Positions 42,357-54,873 of a DNA stretch of 64,000 nucleotides are shown here, piece after piece. Both the position numbers and the translations under genes were made by a program. Source of the stretch: Cyanidioschyzon merolae (taxonomy: Eukaryota); the NCBI GenBank assembly GCA_000091205.1, contig AP006486.2; one strand, written 5' to 3'. Numbering within the stretch: position 1 is the stretch's first letter; every line of letters begins with the position of its first letter. The notes under the pieces were generated by a model. That model was given only the letters and a program-made list of their open reading frames with translations. It was not told the origin of the DNA and searched no databases.

Positions 42357-44272
42357 AGACTATTTTTCATGGATGCATGCCAAATGAACCCACGGTCCTT
42401 TTACCGGGCGTGATGATCTGGTTGCTGGAGGCAATCCGTTGCCGTACCATGGAAACTGTTTGCTGGGACGAATGCCAGTTCCCCCGAGGCCATACGGGCA
42501 GCACCGCGTGCTGTCCGCTCGATTCCAAAGCGCCGTCGCTGAGGTCGCCAGAAGACCCCGAGAGATCCTGCCCGAAGCACCATCACCGAAACGAGCGCTC
42601 CCCGGACGACATGCTCTTGGAGCGGGCGAGATCGATATCGCCAGGAGCATCGACAACGGCGCCTGAGTGCGCATCCAGCAAACAGTTGACGCGTGGCGTT
42701 TACGGGGGAACTCACCCCTGGTTTCAAGGAACCCTGGCGATCCGGCGCGATGCTTGGCACGATGCGCACCGTGCCCTCTCTGAGATGCTCCACGGGAAAC
42801 CAGATGTGTTTATGGGCATATGTGCGTTTGTGCAAGCGTGAATGCGTGTGCGCGTTTGCGTATGCGTACTTTATGCGCGTCTCGGAGGGAAAAGAGCAAC
42901 GGATGTGGGCGTGTGTGTGCGCGAACAAAAACGCCATAAACTGCCACCACGGTTTCTCGTTGCAGGTGACGGCAGAGGATCCATCTGCCTCGCATATCTG
43001 GAAAATCATCGTGGCCAGAGAGCCGCTTCGACTTTGCAGTCACTGTCACAACCTGCGAAACGCTATAGTATCTAGATTTACTGATCGCGGGCTGATTCCG
43101 GATATCAGCAGACCGTTTGCGTTCGACTGCGACTGAGTTCAACGCATGCATCGAGTAGCTTCCGTATTTTTCCGAATACGACGTGCTTTCCGGCGCGTTC
43201 GCCCGCTGCAGATGATTGAGCCGATGTGTGCGAGTCGGCCGAGCCTCTTCGTCATTCAGTGCATACCATCGGTGAGGATATGCGGGCTATACGGATGTAC
43301 ATACGACCGGTACACGAATCCAGGTGGTGTCTGCATTCCAAACCGCGTCGACCTGCAAGATCCGTAAGCATCCGTTCGAATCGGGACGCTCAGCTTTTCG
43401 GTCAGCCCGATTACTCGGGCCCTGCCTCCCCCGGGCGCGACACTGATGCCTGTTGCCTCGCGCCGAAGGATGTACTCGTACACACAGCGGATTGTGCTTC
43501 TTCCACCTGCATAAAGCCCAGTCTCGACCGTACCATACAGACGATGCGTGGCTTGCTCCCGTACACCTGGGATACTTTCTGATGCACACGGGCAAGGGAG
43601 ATGCTATGCGCTACGCAACGAAGCACATTATCCGGTCACTGTTGGACGCTAATTGCAAGCCGCGACTGTGCGTAATTATCCAGCATCACGGAGATGACAT
43701 TCTTCACAAGCTCCGACATACACAAGTTTTAAAGCACGAGGCACGTCGAGCAAAGGAACGGAGCTCACACAGACACCAGCGGGTATCGCTCACATCATGT
43801 GATCACAAGCGATTGGATCGCATTACGATCCCTTCGCTCCACCATTTTGTCGTTTGCATTCGTCGATTCGCAACAGCCGCGGGGCATCGTCACGGTCGAT
43901 CGTTGCGAAAACGCTGGCGATTCAACGCCGGCAGAGCGCCTTGACAGCATCTCGGGGCAAGCGAGTGACAGCCGCGAGTCGCAAGGTACCATCTCCCAGA
44001 GCCGTTGCAAGTTAATGACGGACTCACGTGCCTACGCAACAATCTTGCGTGCAATGCCAGCAGAGCTATCGCTGCTCTGATAATCCGGGCGCGAGCCAGG
44101 TATCAGAGAGGTCCCGTCACCATGACAGCTGCGTACGCGCGCTACGCGGCTCTGGGCAGCGAGCGCCTGCTTCAGGGGCGCAAAAATGGATTCCCGAGCA
44201 CCGCAACGTCGCAGATCGCTCGGCGCCCTTCGTCTTGTTCAGTTAGAGAGCTACAGTCCCTTGCCGAGGGAT

Positions 44273-44785
44273 TTACTTGAGACGGTACACAATGCGTCCG
44301 CGATACAAGTCGTATGGACTAAGCTCTACGCGAACGCGGTCCCCAACGATACAACGTACAAAGTTTTTCCGAATTTTTCCACTCACATGCGCTAAAACCA
44401 CAACGTCATTGGTCAGTTGCACGCGAAACATTGCGTTTGGAAGAGATTCGACGATAACGCCTTCCATTTCAATCGCACCCTCTTTCTCCGGATCGGTATC
44501 CGTACGTCCATTTTGCGTATCCTTTTCTCTCCGCATCGACTTGGGTGGCGTTCTCTTACTTCCAGGATTCTTCTTCTTGCGGTCCCCAGCAGCGACAAGA
44601 GAGAAACGGCCAGCACGCCAGCACGGGCTCGCTGGCCGGTGCCCCTGCGAGACCTCTCGAACACGCCCGCCCCAGAACGCAGGCGTGCTTTGGACAACAT
44701 TTAATTGAACCCCCGCAAAACTCGAAACAAATGCCTGCAGAGATTGTGTGCCCATGGTTGAGAGTAGTTGAGCCCGCTCAGTCAC
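44273..44785 (-). CDS. infA: organelle-type translation initiation factor IF-1 (S1-like OB fold) with ~100-aa N-terminal presequence
   Basis: C-terminal [64 protein letters not shown] matches bacterial/plastid IF-1 ([65 protein letters not shown]) almost position for position. The N-terminal extension is Ser/Arg-rich, consistent with a transit peptide. Confidence 0.75.
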   Translation of the reverse strand: MTERAQLLSTMGTQSLQAFVSSFAGVQLNVVQSTPAFWGGRVREVSQGHRPASPCWRAGRFSLVAAGDRKKKNPGSKRTPPKSMRREKDTQNGRTDTDPEKEGAIEMEGVIVESLPNAMFRVQLTNDVVVLAHVSGKIRKNFVRCIVGDRVRVELSPYDLYRGRIVYRLK

Positions 44786-45229
44786 TTGCGTTGCCGAAGA
44801 AGAGCGGGACGCGGCCCTGCGTTGCTAGACTTTCACGCACCTACGCTCAGATTGTGGGCGAGCTTTAGGCGCACGTCAGGCGCAGCGCGCTGCTGGGGCG
44901 CTCTTCTCCGTGGGTACGACGCCGCAGCCGCCGCAGCCGCCGCAGGCACCCTCGCTGTTGGCTCACGGAGGCGGTGGCGATGTGCGCGCGTCGGGCGGCA
45001 GGTCATAATGCGAGTGTCCTGTTTATTCCATAAAGTTCTGTTTCATCAGCGACACGCTGTGGTATGCGAAAGTGTTGGGCTGGCTCTTGTGCATGGACCG
45101 ACAACCGTGTTGGCATGCAATGGAACAGGTACTTTACCAAGACATACCATTGAAACAAAAGATGTCTTCAGGGAATGGAGTATATATACGCACCAGCAGA
45201 CGACTCCCAGCCTTTATTGACCGGCCCAC

Positions 45230-45800
45230 TGTTATAGTTTTTCAGTTTATCTAGGTACAGTTCGGGTGCCAAAGACTGCCCCACGACGTTGGATCGCTTC
45301 AGCTCTTCGAGTATCGTCTTCAGCACCGCATATCGTCTGATACAGATGGAGATGTTGAAGTCTTGCTTGAATATACCATCGCAGGGATTGCTGGCACTTG
45401 TACCCTCTCTGCCGCAACAGGCTCGTCATTGTCCCGTCAAGCAAACTGCCTTACTCGCCTATCTGCCCTTTTCTTGTTAGTCATTTGCTATTCTCTGCTC
45501 GATGGTCGGCGTGAAGAGGGTTCTTCTTTTTTGTGAAATTCGCCTATGAGAGTCCATCAGGATCCCCGACTTGCGTGTCCATAACTTTCCTTCATTTTTT
45601 TAAATCTTCAAATGAACGCACTTGTTTATGCCCAAAGGTGAGGAGTCTCCCCCGACTGCGAAGGACTTGTGGAAGAAAGATGACGCGTGCCCCAATGTCT
45701 ACATGTGCTGAACGCTTCAGCGAGTCGCCCAGTCCAGCGATCATTACGTTTTACCATAGAAAACACTCTAGCCATGGGTTTGAACCAGGCAGCGCGCTAA
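45230..45800 (-). mobile_element. internally deleted derivative (mini-element 3) of the family-A Fanzor element, same deletion junction as mini-element 1
   Basis: 45290-45640 aligns continuously with mini-element 1 31560-31915 (e.g. ccatcaggatccccgacttgcgtgtccataactttcc vs ccctccaggatccgcgactttccggtccataccttcc; tcttcaaatgaacgcact shared). The 45640-45790 stretch continues into the 5'-end region (ctgaacgcttc, aaaacactctagcc vs copy-1 aaaacacttgactag). Confidence 0.5.
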
Positions 45801-45989
45801 GGAATGAAGAGCAGCTCTGCCCGCGGATAGAATCGGCAAATGCACGAGCGCAAAGGGAATGGTGATATGCCACGCTGTCCAATGAGGAAAGTCTCTAGGA
45901 GTCAGGGAGAAAAGTCTTCAATGATTTGAGAAAATGGTTGGTGCTATCGTATGCGCATTCTCTACGAGCGGAACTGAGGCCACTACTGG

Positions 45990-46580
45990 AATCCACTACA
46001 TCTAGAACAGATGATGGATTCCTGGTTCTCTTCGCGTTCGATTCTGCATACCACGGTCTCCTTCAGTGCGAATGCCCATATACGCTCCGACCGTGTCATC
46101 AGAAGCAAGTCTCACCGACTGAACCAAACAGATGTCACTCAGCCGCAAACCAATCGCGAGATTCCACGAATGCTGTCGTTGCGATTTCGGTGGAAGATGG
46201 CCATGCGTGAATTGGTCACTTTTTGCGTCTGTATTCCAGTGTTTCGAGGACCAAACGAACAAACTGTTGGGAAACAGACACGCCTCTGGTGGCTAATGTC
46301 GTCGCTTTTGCTTTCCGTAGAGTGATCAACGTGTCGTTTTCAACCATGGACCGGTTGCATTTTTTGAAAATATCGGTATTGGACGCGTGGCCCATCTACT
46401 TCTTTCTTTTAGTGTTCCTCAGCCATCTGCGAGCTTTTTTATGACTGACCTGGATGAGGCATGCAGTCCTCCTTGTACTGTACAGTAAAGCGTATGCCCT
46501 GCAGGCAATTCGTCTACGATCTGTGCCGAACATGGAGATCGTGATTACGATCTCCAGCGATGCACTGCGCAAAACTATTC
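45990..46580 (-). repeat. dispersed ~0.6 kb repeat, copy b (NmrA-like fragment TLATRGVSVSQQFVRLVLETLEY...)
   Basis: Homologous to 34040-34650 (shared strings gcgaatRcccataKacgctccgaccgt, cgttgcgat, tcgtcgcttttgc, aaaatatcggt). Immediately follows mini-element 3, as copy a follows mini-element 2. Confidence 0.5.
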
Positions 46581-48560
46581 GGCAACACTCGGCGCGGGTG
46601 AAACATAACTGAGTTGAAAGACTATAGCGTGCAGATGCTCAAGCTCGTGTAACCTTTCACTGTCGTCAACATCAGTCCTTACAGGCTTTTTCTGCGTGTG
46701 TTTCCTTTCCGTTTATATTATCTTTGGCTATAAATACAACGGTATCGGGTTTACCGCTAGCTCCATTGGCAACAGCTGAAGACGCTGATGGAAGCGCTCA
46801 GGTCTCGATTTCTGCCGTTCCGGGTATTGTTCATGCATTTTATGTACAGAAGGAATTTGCGATTTCTGTTGGGTTGCACGCGTTCCTGTGCTGTGCAAAC
46901 GGCCTTGGTAGGCACTCTGCAGCGGTGACATTGGAACGTCGCCAGGTGCTCCCATACATTCACTCTATATGGCATTCTCCGGTGATCACCGTATGGAGTT
47001 TGAACGCCCGCAGCATCGCCCGGTACCTGCCCTTGACGGGCAAAGAAGGCTCCCGTCGATGCCGTCCTCCGATTTAGCGTACTGCATCGTACTCTCCCGT
47101 TACGGGCTTGTTCCAGATGCTGGCCCGGGAGAGTACTCTGTCTGCTGCAGATGCATGTACTTGCTGTTCTATTCGATATACAGGCTTTGTCGAGCTTGGT
47201 TTTGTACGTCATGAAAGAATTGCAGGGAGGAAAAGCTAACCTGGTCAACAAGTCGGGAAACTTCGATTCGTCCCGCTTTATCCGTGCAAATCGGTAACGC
47301 ACACTTGACTGGAGGCGATCCCTGGGATCATTACAGTCCGAGTCCAGCACCCTTGTCCATCTGAAGATGAGAGACGACAGCATCTGGCAACGCATCCTGT
47401 AATAGGGATCATGCTGATGTCGAATGCGGTCTTGTCGATAGCCACGAAAGAGGAATGTGTTGGATTTCGGACGGAATTGCTCATTGTACGTGACAATTTC
47501 AGTGAACTTTAGGAATGAGCGTGTGAAGAGGTCATCCAGGGACAACCATTTTGTTTCCTGTTCAATAAAGCTGCGCGAATCGCTGCGTCGACGATTTGCG
47601 ACGAAACAGAAATATCGAATACTTGATGCAAGCGTGATTTGAGCATGGAACTCGGAAGTGAGCGAAACGTGGACGCATGTACTCATGATTTGGGTAATGA
47701 TATCGGTTACTTTAGGAATCCTTATTCGATAGCGTTGCGAATCGCCTCTATTCCGTCAAATTCATGAATTCCAGCGGCTAAGCTTCGGAGCCACATCAGA
47801 TAGACGACCGAGTATCCTGGACCTTCGTATGAATCCGTATGTCGGTATCGCTGTACTTCGGGCGTAGAAATTTGACATTTATGGATAATTTGGGACGAAA
47901 TCGAGTGACGGAGAACAGAGCACGCAGTTCACTTTTCGAATTAATCTTGTACGTATCTCGCACGAGACAACTTAAGTGCCTGCCTGGATATTCTCAATAT
48001 TTCTCGAAGGCTTAAGATTAGCTCCCGCTTGTCGTGACTGAGAAACGGAGGCGTTGCCGGTGGCGCTCAGCGGTCCCAAGGTGTCGTGATGCAACTCGTT
48101 GCGCTCTGAACGGTCGAACAGGGTTTGGGCCCCTGAACCCGTGCCTCTCCGAGCTGATCACTTTCTGGCATCGAAGGCATTGGAACAGGCCCTAGCCGAT
48201 AAGATGCAGCACAGCAACCTCATTGGAATCGTTATCGAACTTGAGGCGCACTTTCCGTCACTGCAGACTGAAGATGCTTCAACTCCATCCAGCTGAGGAA
48301 GCTGCAGTTCGCAGCTGTGCAACAGTGGTTGTGCCCCAGTGAGGCACTCTTCGGATATTTGTTTTCATATCGGATGCTTTACAAGTGCACCGGCCTGTCC
48401 GAACTGAATGAGTCACAGCACAATCTGAGTATCGCCATGCTCTTTACGTTCCCATCTAATACAGGGCAACCTGGCTCCATGACCATCTTCTCTTGTACCA
48501 GATATCCGCACCAGCGACATTCCCTGGTGTCGTTGTATTCGAAACTGCTGCTCGCTCGCC

Positions 48561-49232
48561 TCATTCCATCTTATAGACGCAATGGCCTGGTGGTCCTGCA
48601 CTCCTCACAAACAACGTATAGATGAATGCGCCGTACAGCTGGGTACCGTTCTGGATCGGATCAATTGTGAATGCGGTTTCCCTGTTACCAGGGTAACAAT
48701 TTGACGGCAGGATGCCAAGCGCCGAGTTTGTTGAGTTTTCGAAATCAACGACCCCGCTGCTCAACACGAACGGAAAACCAACGGGCCCTGCTGCGGTCAT
48801 GTTGAACGCAGCGCAGGAGACACCATCAACGAGCACGTTTCCACTCGGAACTGTACCCGGTGCAGAAAACTTGTGGCGAACGACGATTTCCGGCGTACAG
48901 TTCGTCGCGGAGATCGGCGTGGTATAGAGCTTATAAGTTCCGGCCGGGACAGTGATTGACTCCAGCGTCTGCAGCGGCTGCAGCGCAAAAGAGCTATTAT
49001 AGGCAGCAATCGTGCACGTCGACACGCAGAGTGCCGAAGAGGGGCATAAGGCGCCGCAGTAACACTCCGTCTCACAGGCTGTATCGGGGACCACTTTCAG
49101 GCTGAACAGCCCCAGTCGACTGGAACCGCAGTCATAAAGACACCGTGCAGCTCTGGCGGAGCTTGCACTCAATGAAACTACAACAATAGCCCATATGGTG
49201 AGTGCAACTGCAAAATACCGCGAAAAAATCAT
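48561..49232 (-). CDS. hypothetical secreted cysteine-rich protein (N-terminal signal peptide)
   Basis: MIFSRYFAVALTIWAIVVVSLSASSARA looks like a signal peptide, followed by a Cys-rich region. No homolog recognised. Confidence 0.35.
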   Translation of the reverse strand: MIFSRYFAVALTIWAIVVVSLSASSARAARCLYDCGSSRLGLFSLKVVPDTACETECYCGALCPSSALCVSTCTIAAYNSSFALQPLQTLESITVPAGTYKLYTTPISATNCTPEIVVRHKFSAPGTVPSGNVLVDGVSCAAFNMTAAGPVGFPFVLSSGVVDFENSTNSALGILPSNCYPGNRETAFTIDPIQNGTQLYGAFIYTLFVRSAGPPGHCVYKME

Positions 49233-49587
49233 TGGTTGCTACTTTCTAAGTTCCACTCTCCTACACGCAAGTGCTTATACACTCGTAGGCTCAATTCTGG
49301 TTCCAAGAAAAATGACGCATTGATACGAGATTGCACGTCAGTTACGGGCAGCGCACAAAGAGCGCTCAGATCAGCGTAGAAACGATCGAGCGATCGTTGC
49401 TGAGCTCGCGTACGGGATGCACCAACGCACGAGAAACTCCACTCGATACGCCATGCGGTTGCGTCAAGCATGCGAGCACAGCCCAAAATTGTTCATTCGA
49501 TACGCTGGACACGTCACGTGAATGCAATGCGCGCATGCGGGCGCTTGAGGCGTGAATGAATGGCGATCGTCGGGGTATACGATATCT

Positions 49588-51960
49588 GTGCATTTCTATC
49601 CTCTAAACTCAATTGTGTTCCATCGCCAGGTGCGTGGAATCAAATGCTCTTCCGCGGTTCATTGCAGACGTGCTCGATGTGGGTTCATTTGAAGAAATAA
49701 AAAGTTCTGCGAATGGAATTGGAGACTTCTGGAAGCCTGATTTCGCCGGCTGCCGCAGAAAAACGAAAAGCAGTGTTGAGCGAAGAGGAACAAGACAGCA
49801 TGAAGAGGCAGAGGCAGGAGGCCCTGCGTCAAAAGCTGCTCGAAAGATGAGAGTACGACGAGACGGTCGTGGACGCCTGTCTTCTTGTACATGTCAAGGA
49901 TCCGTATGAGCAAACGATGCAAGCGGACGTCAGAAACCGTGTCGAGTCGTACCGCATAAGTATGATAAAGGCCGCTCCAAGACTGATGTATGTGGTAACG
50001 AAAGTGTATCGCGACATAACGCACGCGGAAACAATCGAGTTTCCAGAGGAAATTTCCAACGTAACCTTCATCGGCCACCTGACGCTTGCCACCGGGGAAA
50101 CGTCGAGGTGAAATGAGCGGGTGCATGGCCTCCATGAAAATTACGCCAAATACCGCCTCAACGGCACTCGATACAGGGATGACTCGGGTGTTTACACCTA
50201 CGGGGCGTTGAATTACCCTACGAACCTGAGAAAGCATATGAACATGAACCTGAAACGCTTCATGGTACGCGCCGTCATTGCGCTGTACCCGGGCCTCTCT
50301 CGCAAAGGGATACGAGTCATCATCCGTGGCATCACGAATGATCGACAGCATGAACAGGAGATCGAATTCTTCCACAAGAAGACATCACGCAAGAGAAAGA
50401 ATGAAGCTTCTGTAATCCGTGCGGCTATTATTGAGCACCGTGCAGTCTTGGGGCTTGTCAACCTACAAGAAAAGATATCAGATAGGAAAAAAGATGAAGA
50501 AAGATGTTATCCCCTAATCCTGCGCAATTTCGTGTTTTTTGACCGAGAACTCGAACGCAAAGCCGACATGGAGCTGAGTAGGGGAAAATGCGCAGTCGGA
50601 GAGACGCAAGGCTGCGGTTCCGGGGAGGCGCCTCAATATCGTTCCGTTATGCTACGTCAAGTCACGCGTTGTGACAATCGACTCCACAATCCTTTATACC
50701 ATCATGAAGGAGATCAGTCCCGAGTTCAATGCAAGCAGGGAGAAGTTCACCCGCGGAGACGGGAAAATCTACCGGATGAATATCTTCGATTTCAAGCGCC
50801 TCAACACCAGCAAGAAAAAGTTATTCACTGGGATGATCGAAAGCGATGGAGTAGCCGTGTGTGGAGACTATCGGCGCTTGAAGGCGGATCGCCCAGTTCC
50901 GTCATCGGCTTCGCCCTTGGCGAAGCATGAAGAAAACAAAGAGGCTGGCAGTACGAAACAGGAGGCGCAGGAGGACGACTGTGCCGTTGGCGCGGACCCG
51001 GGAACACGAATATCGTACCCATCGCAGCACCCAAGCGTGCGGAAGACGGTATCGACGGCAACTTACGCCACAATGACATGCGACTTCCAAAGTACTTGAG
51101 AGCGAAAAATTGCCGATAATCGGGAATAATGAATGCAAGGAAGGAAAGTGAGACATGGAATGCAGGAGTGAGCGCGCACCTGGAAGCTATGAGCAATTTC
51201 GCGAGTCGTGGATCGAACTTTCATTTCTTTCGTGAATTCATGGAATATCAAGCTGCTCGTGACGAGGAGCTGTGGAAATAGCAAACAGAACCGCGATGGG
51301 CTCGTCTGCGAATGAATCCGCACAGAGGGAAGCAGCGCGCGTTCGCGAAATTTTTCAAACAGTTGATTGCCCTCATGGAGGACAAGAGTCAAAGGCTCAT
51401 ACTAGCATACGGAACTGGGCGCTGGGCACCCGGAAAAGGGTGTGTACCCGCCCCGTCGACGAGAGCGTACAAGGAGTGCGCACGATGTTTTGTCACGATA
51501 CCGGTAGATGAGCTCCGAACATCGTATGTGGATCATGAACTGGGATGTCCACCTCCGAGAGTCGAGATGGAAAAGTGCCCGTGGAGCCCTGAGGATATAA
51601 AAAAGCACGGAGAGCTGACGGAGCATCAAATGGCTCAGAGGGCGCGAGTTGGAGGACTCCTTGCATAGGTGAGCTCTACCAACGGTAACAAACGCACTGA
51701 CTTCGTGAACCCAGACTTTAACGCCGCTATCAATATCAGACGACGTGCTGTATTGGAGAAGAGATATCCCGAGCTAACGAGAGCCAACTTTGTCGGGCAA
51801 CCTCTTAAGGTGGCACTCTACGAGAAGCATTTGAAACCGATCGCAGCGGGCCGGTCGTAAACGGCCGGGAGACGCCTGCCGGGTGGATACCTATCTACCC
51901 TATGTGGCCGTGGAACATTTTTCGTTTCACTGACAAATGAGTTTGCGCTGGTAGCGCGTA
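49588..51960 (+). mobile_element. Fanzor1-like element copy 3 (family B, ~55-60% protein identity to family A), 3' end approximate
   Basis: 5' boundary was set by the end of homology with mini-element 2. The 3' region gggccggtcgtaaacggccgggagacgcctgc parallels the family-A ggtggccggtccaaaaagactgcgaggcgcctgc. Confidence 0.6.
49700..51860 (+). pseudogene. Fanzor1-like nuclease ORF copy 3, broken into pieces (49869..50111, 50121..50930, 50671..51099, 51312..51668, 51669..51860)
   Basis: N-terminal MYVVTKVYRDITHAETIEFPEEISNVTFIGHL and NERVHGLHENY...LYPGLSRKG...IEHRAVLGLVN...FVFFDRELERKA are homologous to copies 1 and 2. RuvC-I DDCAVGADPGTR has a frameshift inside the motif. Zinc finger KECARCF...HELGCP...KCPWSPEDIKKHG. 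RuvC-III DFVNPDFNAAINIRRR at ~51705-51737. Confidence 0.65.
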
Positions 51961-52209
51961 CCGGGTCGTTTTCGAATGAGAGTCTTTCTCAATAGTGCCT
52001 CTCAAGAGTCTTCGATCGATAGCTTGGAACCTTGGGGTAGCGATTCACCGTGCGCAGCGGAGTCTACACATACCTCTACCCTCTCGTCTCGGACAAGCCC
52101 CGCACGGGGTCCAAGCTCCTACGCACGGTAACAAACTCGAGCAAGTCGACCTGGCGGCATCTGCTCTCGCACTGTCTCGGATAGATTAAAGGCAGCGCAA
52201 CTGCGTGAC

Positions 52210-52701
52210 TTGAACCTGATGGATACCGGCGAACTGCATGACCTGACTGTAAAAGGCGCTGTCGTTACCCAACTTGAGCGGTGTGAAGTGGCCTGCCAGA
52301 GACTCTTCCAGAACCTTGCGCTATTGGGTCTTGAACTGCAGAATTCAGAGAGCATCACTGAGGGAGTTTGTGACTCAAAAGCAGCCTCAGACCTAGGAAG
52401 CTCCGTGGAGCTTCTCGAAAACGAAGAGCGGGCGCTGAGACTCTGTGTCGACAGGTTCGTACTGGAGCTCCGGCAAGTAGAAAATCTGGCCAAGACTCTA
52501 GATGGAATCAGGGAGGAGGAGGAAAGGATTCTGTCGCTCGAGCAGCGCTCCATCGAGCAGGCAGAGAGATGCTTTTACTTGTGGAACGATGCCCGAGAAA
52601 TGTTGCGGGGAACGAGGTTGACCTCGATCAAAGAGGTGCTCGAGTCAGCAGCTCGCTATCCGCGCATCCCGTCATGGACACCGTTGCCTACATCGAACTG
52701 A
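52210..52701 (+). CDS. hypothetical coiled-coil protein
   Basis: 163-aa ORF rich in heptad-like E/L/R repeats with host-like codon use. No domain recognised. Confidence 0.3.
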   Translation: MNLMDTGELHDLTVKGAVVTQLERCEVACQRLFQNLALLGLELQNSESITEGVCDSKAASDLGSSVELLENEERALRLCVDRFVLELRQVENLAKTLDGIREEEERILSLEQRSIEQAERCFYLWNDAREMLRGTRLTSIKEVLESAARYPRIPSWTPLPTSN

Positions 52702-53802
52702 GACTGGCAGCGTGCAGCTAAGCGTTTGTCTGGCTAGAACCAGTCCTCTGAGCTTCTTACGGGCAGTCCACAGGGTACGCACGCGCGGCGACTTGACGAT
52801 CTTCAGAATGGTTTTTACAAATTAGCCACGAAAATAGGCTTGTTGGTAAGCGGGTCAGTCTTGTTACGGTGCAGAGGGGATTGATGAATCCGGGATCGAC
52901 GTCCGGCTTCGCTTCGTACATAAGTCTAGCGTTCTGCGTACCGTGAAAAGCGTGCTCCGTGGACCTCTGTTGCGTTCGTGCATGCTGCATTCGCATAAAA
53001 CTGACACGCGATGCAGTCGCTCGCGTTCACACATTCATATACACGTGCACATTTGCACTCTCGAACGCAAACGAGTATACATGAGTATGTGCACACTCGC
53101 GTGCTTGTGCAACATAGATCCGTTGACGACCTCGGATTTTGGGGGAGCGCTCTATCCTCACGGCAGAATGCTTTCGCAAAGGCATGAATAGCAGCGCCCC
53201 CGGTGAATGTCCTTCTTTACGTGCCTCCAGCACCTCTTCATTCGATCGATTATCGGGAGAAAACTTTTTTAAAACATGGGTATTTCCGAAAAGCGATCTG
53301 AAAACAGAAAGTTGTCAAAGAGCCTCGCGGTGAATTCGATGGTTCATCGGTAAGGCAACACCACGGATCCGACAAATGACCCTGAAGCAGGATACCTCAC
53401 TTGTAGCAGAAACGACGCTGCCTCACAAGCTGAAGCTGAAATTCGTGACCAGCACCGTTCTAAGACGAAGACAGTGTAAAGTTTCGCATCCATCATCATG
53501 TTCCAGGCACAGCATATCAGACGCATAGGATGCTCGTGCATGAACCATGAACGGTATGAAGGCGTACGTCCCGCGGTAGCCAAAACTCTCGTACGAACAC
53601 TGCTCGCGCGAAGGCAGTGAAGCGATCCTGCTCGTGCGCGCGGTCGAAGTTTGCAACTGCTGGACGTTCAGCGACGTATCTTTGTTAGGTTGCGCTCTAT
53701 CGTGCCGCGCCGAGCGTTGGGCAGGCAAACTCTGGAAAAGCAAGACCTCGCGGCAGACGAGTATGAACAGCTTGCCCAAACAAGCGCTACCGTGGCACAA
53801 AA

Positions 53803-54873
53803 ATGTTGAGCAGTGCAGTTCAAGGTTTAAGCTTTCTGAATCGACAACGACGACTGTTGCCGCTGCTGCTGCTGCAACGCTGGTCTCGTTGCGAGCTGGC
53901 AACTGCAGTCAAACCGAAAGCAGAGACCGGCGCTGCTGATGATGCCGTTGCAACTGAACATGACTCTTGGAGCCGGGCGACTTGTCAAGAAGCCGAAAGT
54001 CCTCCACAGCGAACCGCTGAGCACGCCAGTTTGCTCGTTTCCGAGATATTTGCGTCGATCCAGGGCGAGGGTCCCTTTTGCGGTTCACCTTCGATTTTTC
54101 TACGCCTCGGTTTATGCAACTTAGAATGCATCTGGTGTGACACGAAATACACTTGGTTATTTAGCGAGCAGCGCCTAGCCCGGCTGCAGTCCCGTAGTCG
54201 CGCCCGTGACGGCAGTGCCACAACACCCGGTTCAAGTCAGCAGCAGGAGCAGCCGCTTGCGTCGCAGAAAGCCAACTTCTGTACAGTTTTTGATAGACAC
54301 AAGGAGCTGCGACGGCTCTCTATAGAGGAAGTTTGCAGATGCATCGAGCTCGCCCGGGAAGGAACGCGAGCAGATGCTGTAGTGGTCACTGGGGGTGAGC
54401 CACTTCTGCATCTAAAACCTCTACGACCGCTCGTGAAGCATCTCGTACAGGATCTCGAGCTGAGAGTCGAATTCGAAACGAACGGCACGATCATGCCGCA
54501 GGTCCTGCTTGATGTCGATCACGAAGCGAAACAGCGAATCCACTTCAATGTTTCACCTAAGCTAGCGAATTCGCTTCAGTCAGCAAAACAGCGATTGCGA
54601 TGGGATATACTCCATTACTACGCGACCCAGCTTCCGCACCAATCAATCTTCAAGTTCGTTGTTGATCGCGAAGAAGACCTCGCTGAAGTGGAAATGATTG
54701 TGAATGAACTGCAGTTACCGAGGACCCGCGTCTGGCTCATGCCGCAAGGCACGACAAGCGAATCGCTCGCACTTGCTGCCAGAGAACGAGTCATCCCTTG
54801 GTGTCTGCGCCTCGGCTTCCGCTACAGCCATCGTGTCCATATCGCGATATGGAATGATCGCAGAGGAGTCTAG
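53803..54873 (+). CDS. queE: 7-carboxy-7-deazaguanine synthase QueE-like radical-SAM enzyme with ~60-aa N-terminal extension and a low-complexity insert
   Basis: IFASIQGEGPFCGSPSIFLRLGLCNLECIWCDTKYTW matches the QueE signature (IFxxxQGEGxxxGxPxxFxRLxGCNLxCxWCDTxYxW) including the Cx14Cx2C cluster-binding variant. The downstream AVVVTGGEPLLH matches the QueE SAM-binding motif. Confidence 0.75.
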   Translation: MLSSAVQGLSFLNRQRRLLPLLLLQRWSRCELATAVKPKAETGAADDAVATEHDSWSRATCQEAESPPQRTAEHASLLVSEIFASIQGEGPFCGSPSIFLRLGLCNLECIWCDTKYTWLFSEQRLARLQSRSRARDGSATTPGSSQQQEQPLASQKANFCTVFDRHKELRRLSIEEVCRCIELAREGTRADAVVVTGGEPLLHLKPLRPLVKHLVQDLELRVEFETNGTIMPQVLLDVDHEAKQRIHFNVSPKLANSLQSAKQRLRWDILHYYATQLPHQSIFKFVVDREEDLAEVEMIVNELQLPRTRVWLMPQGTTSESLALAARERVIPWCLRLGFRYSHRVHIAIWNDRRGV

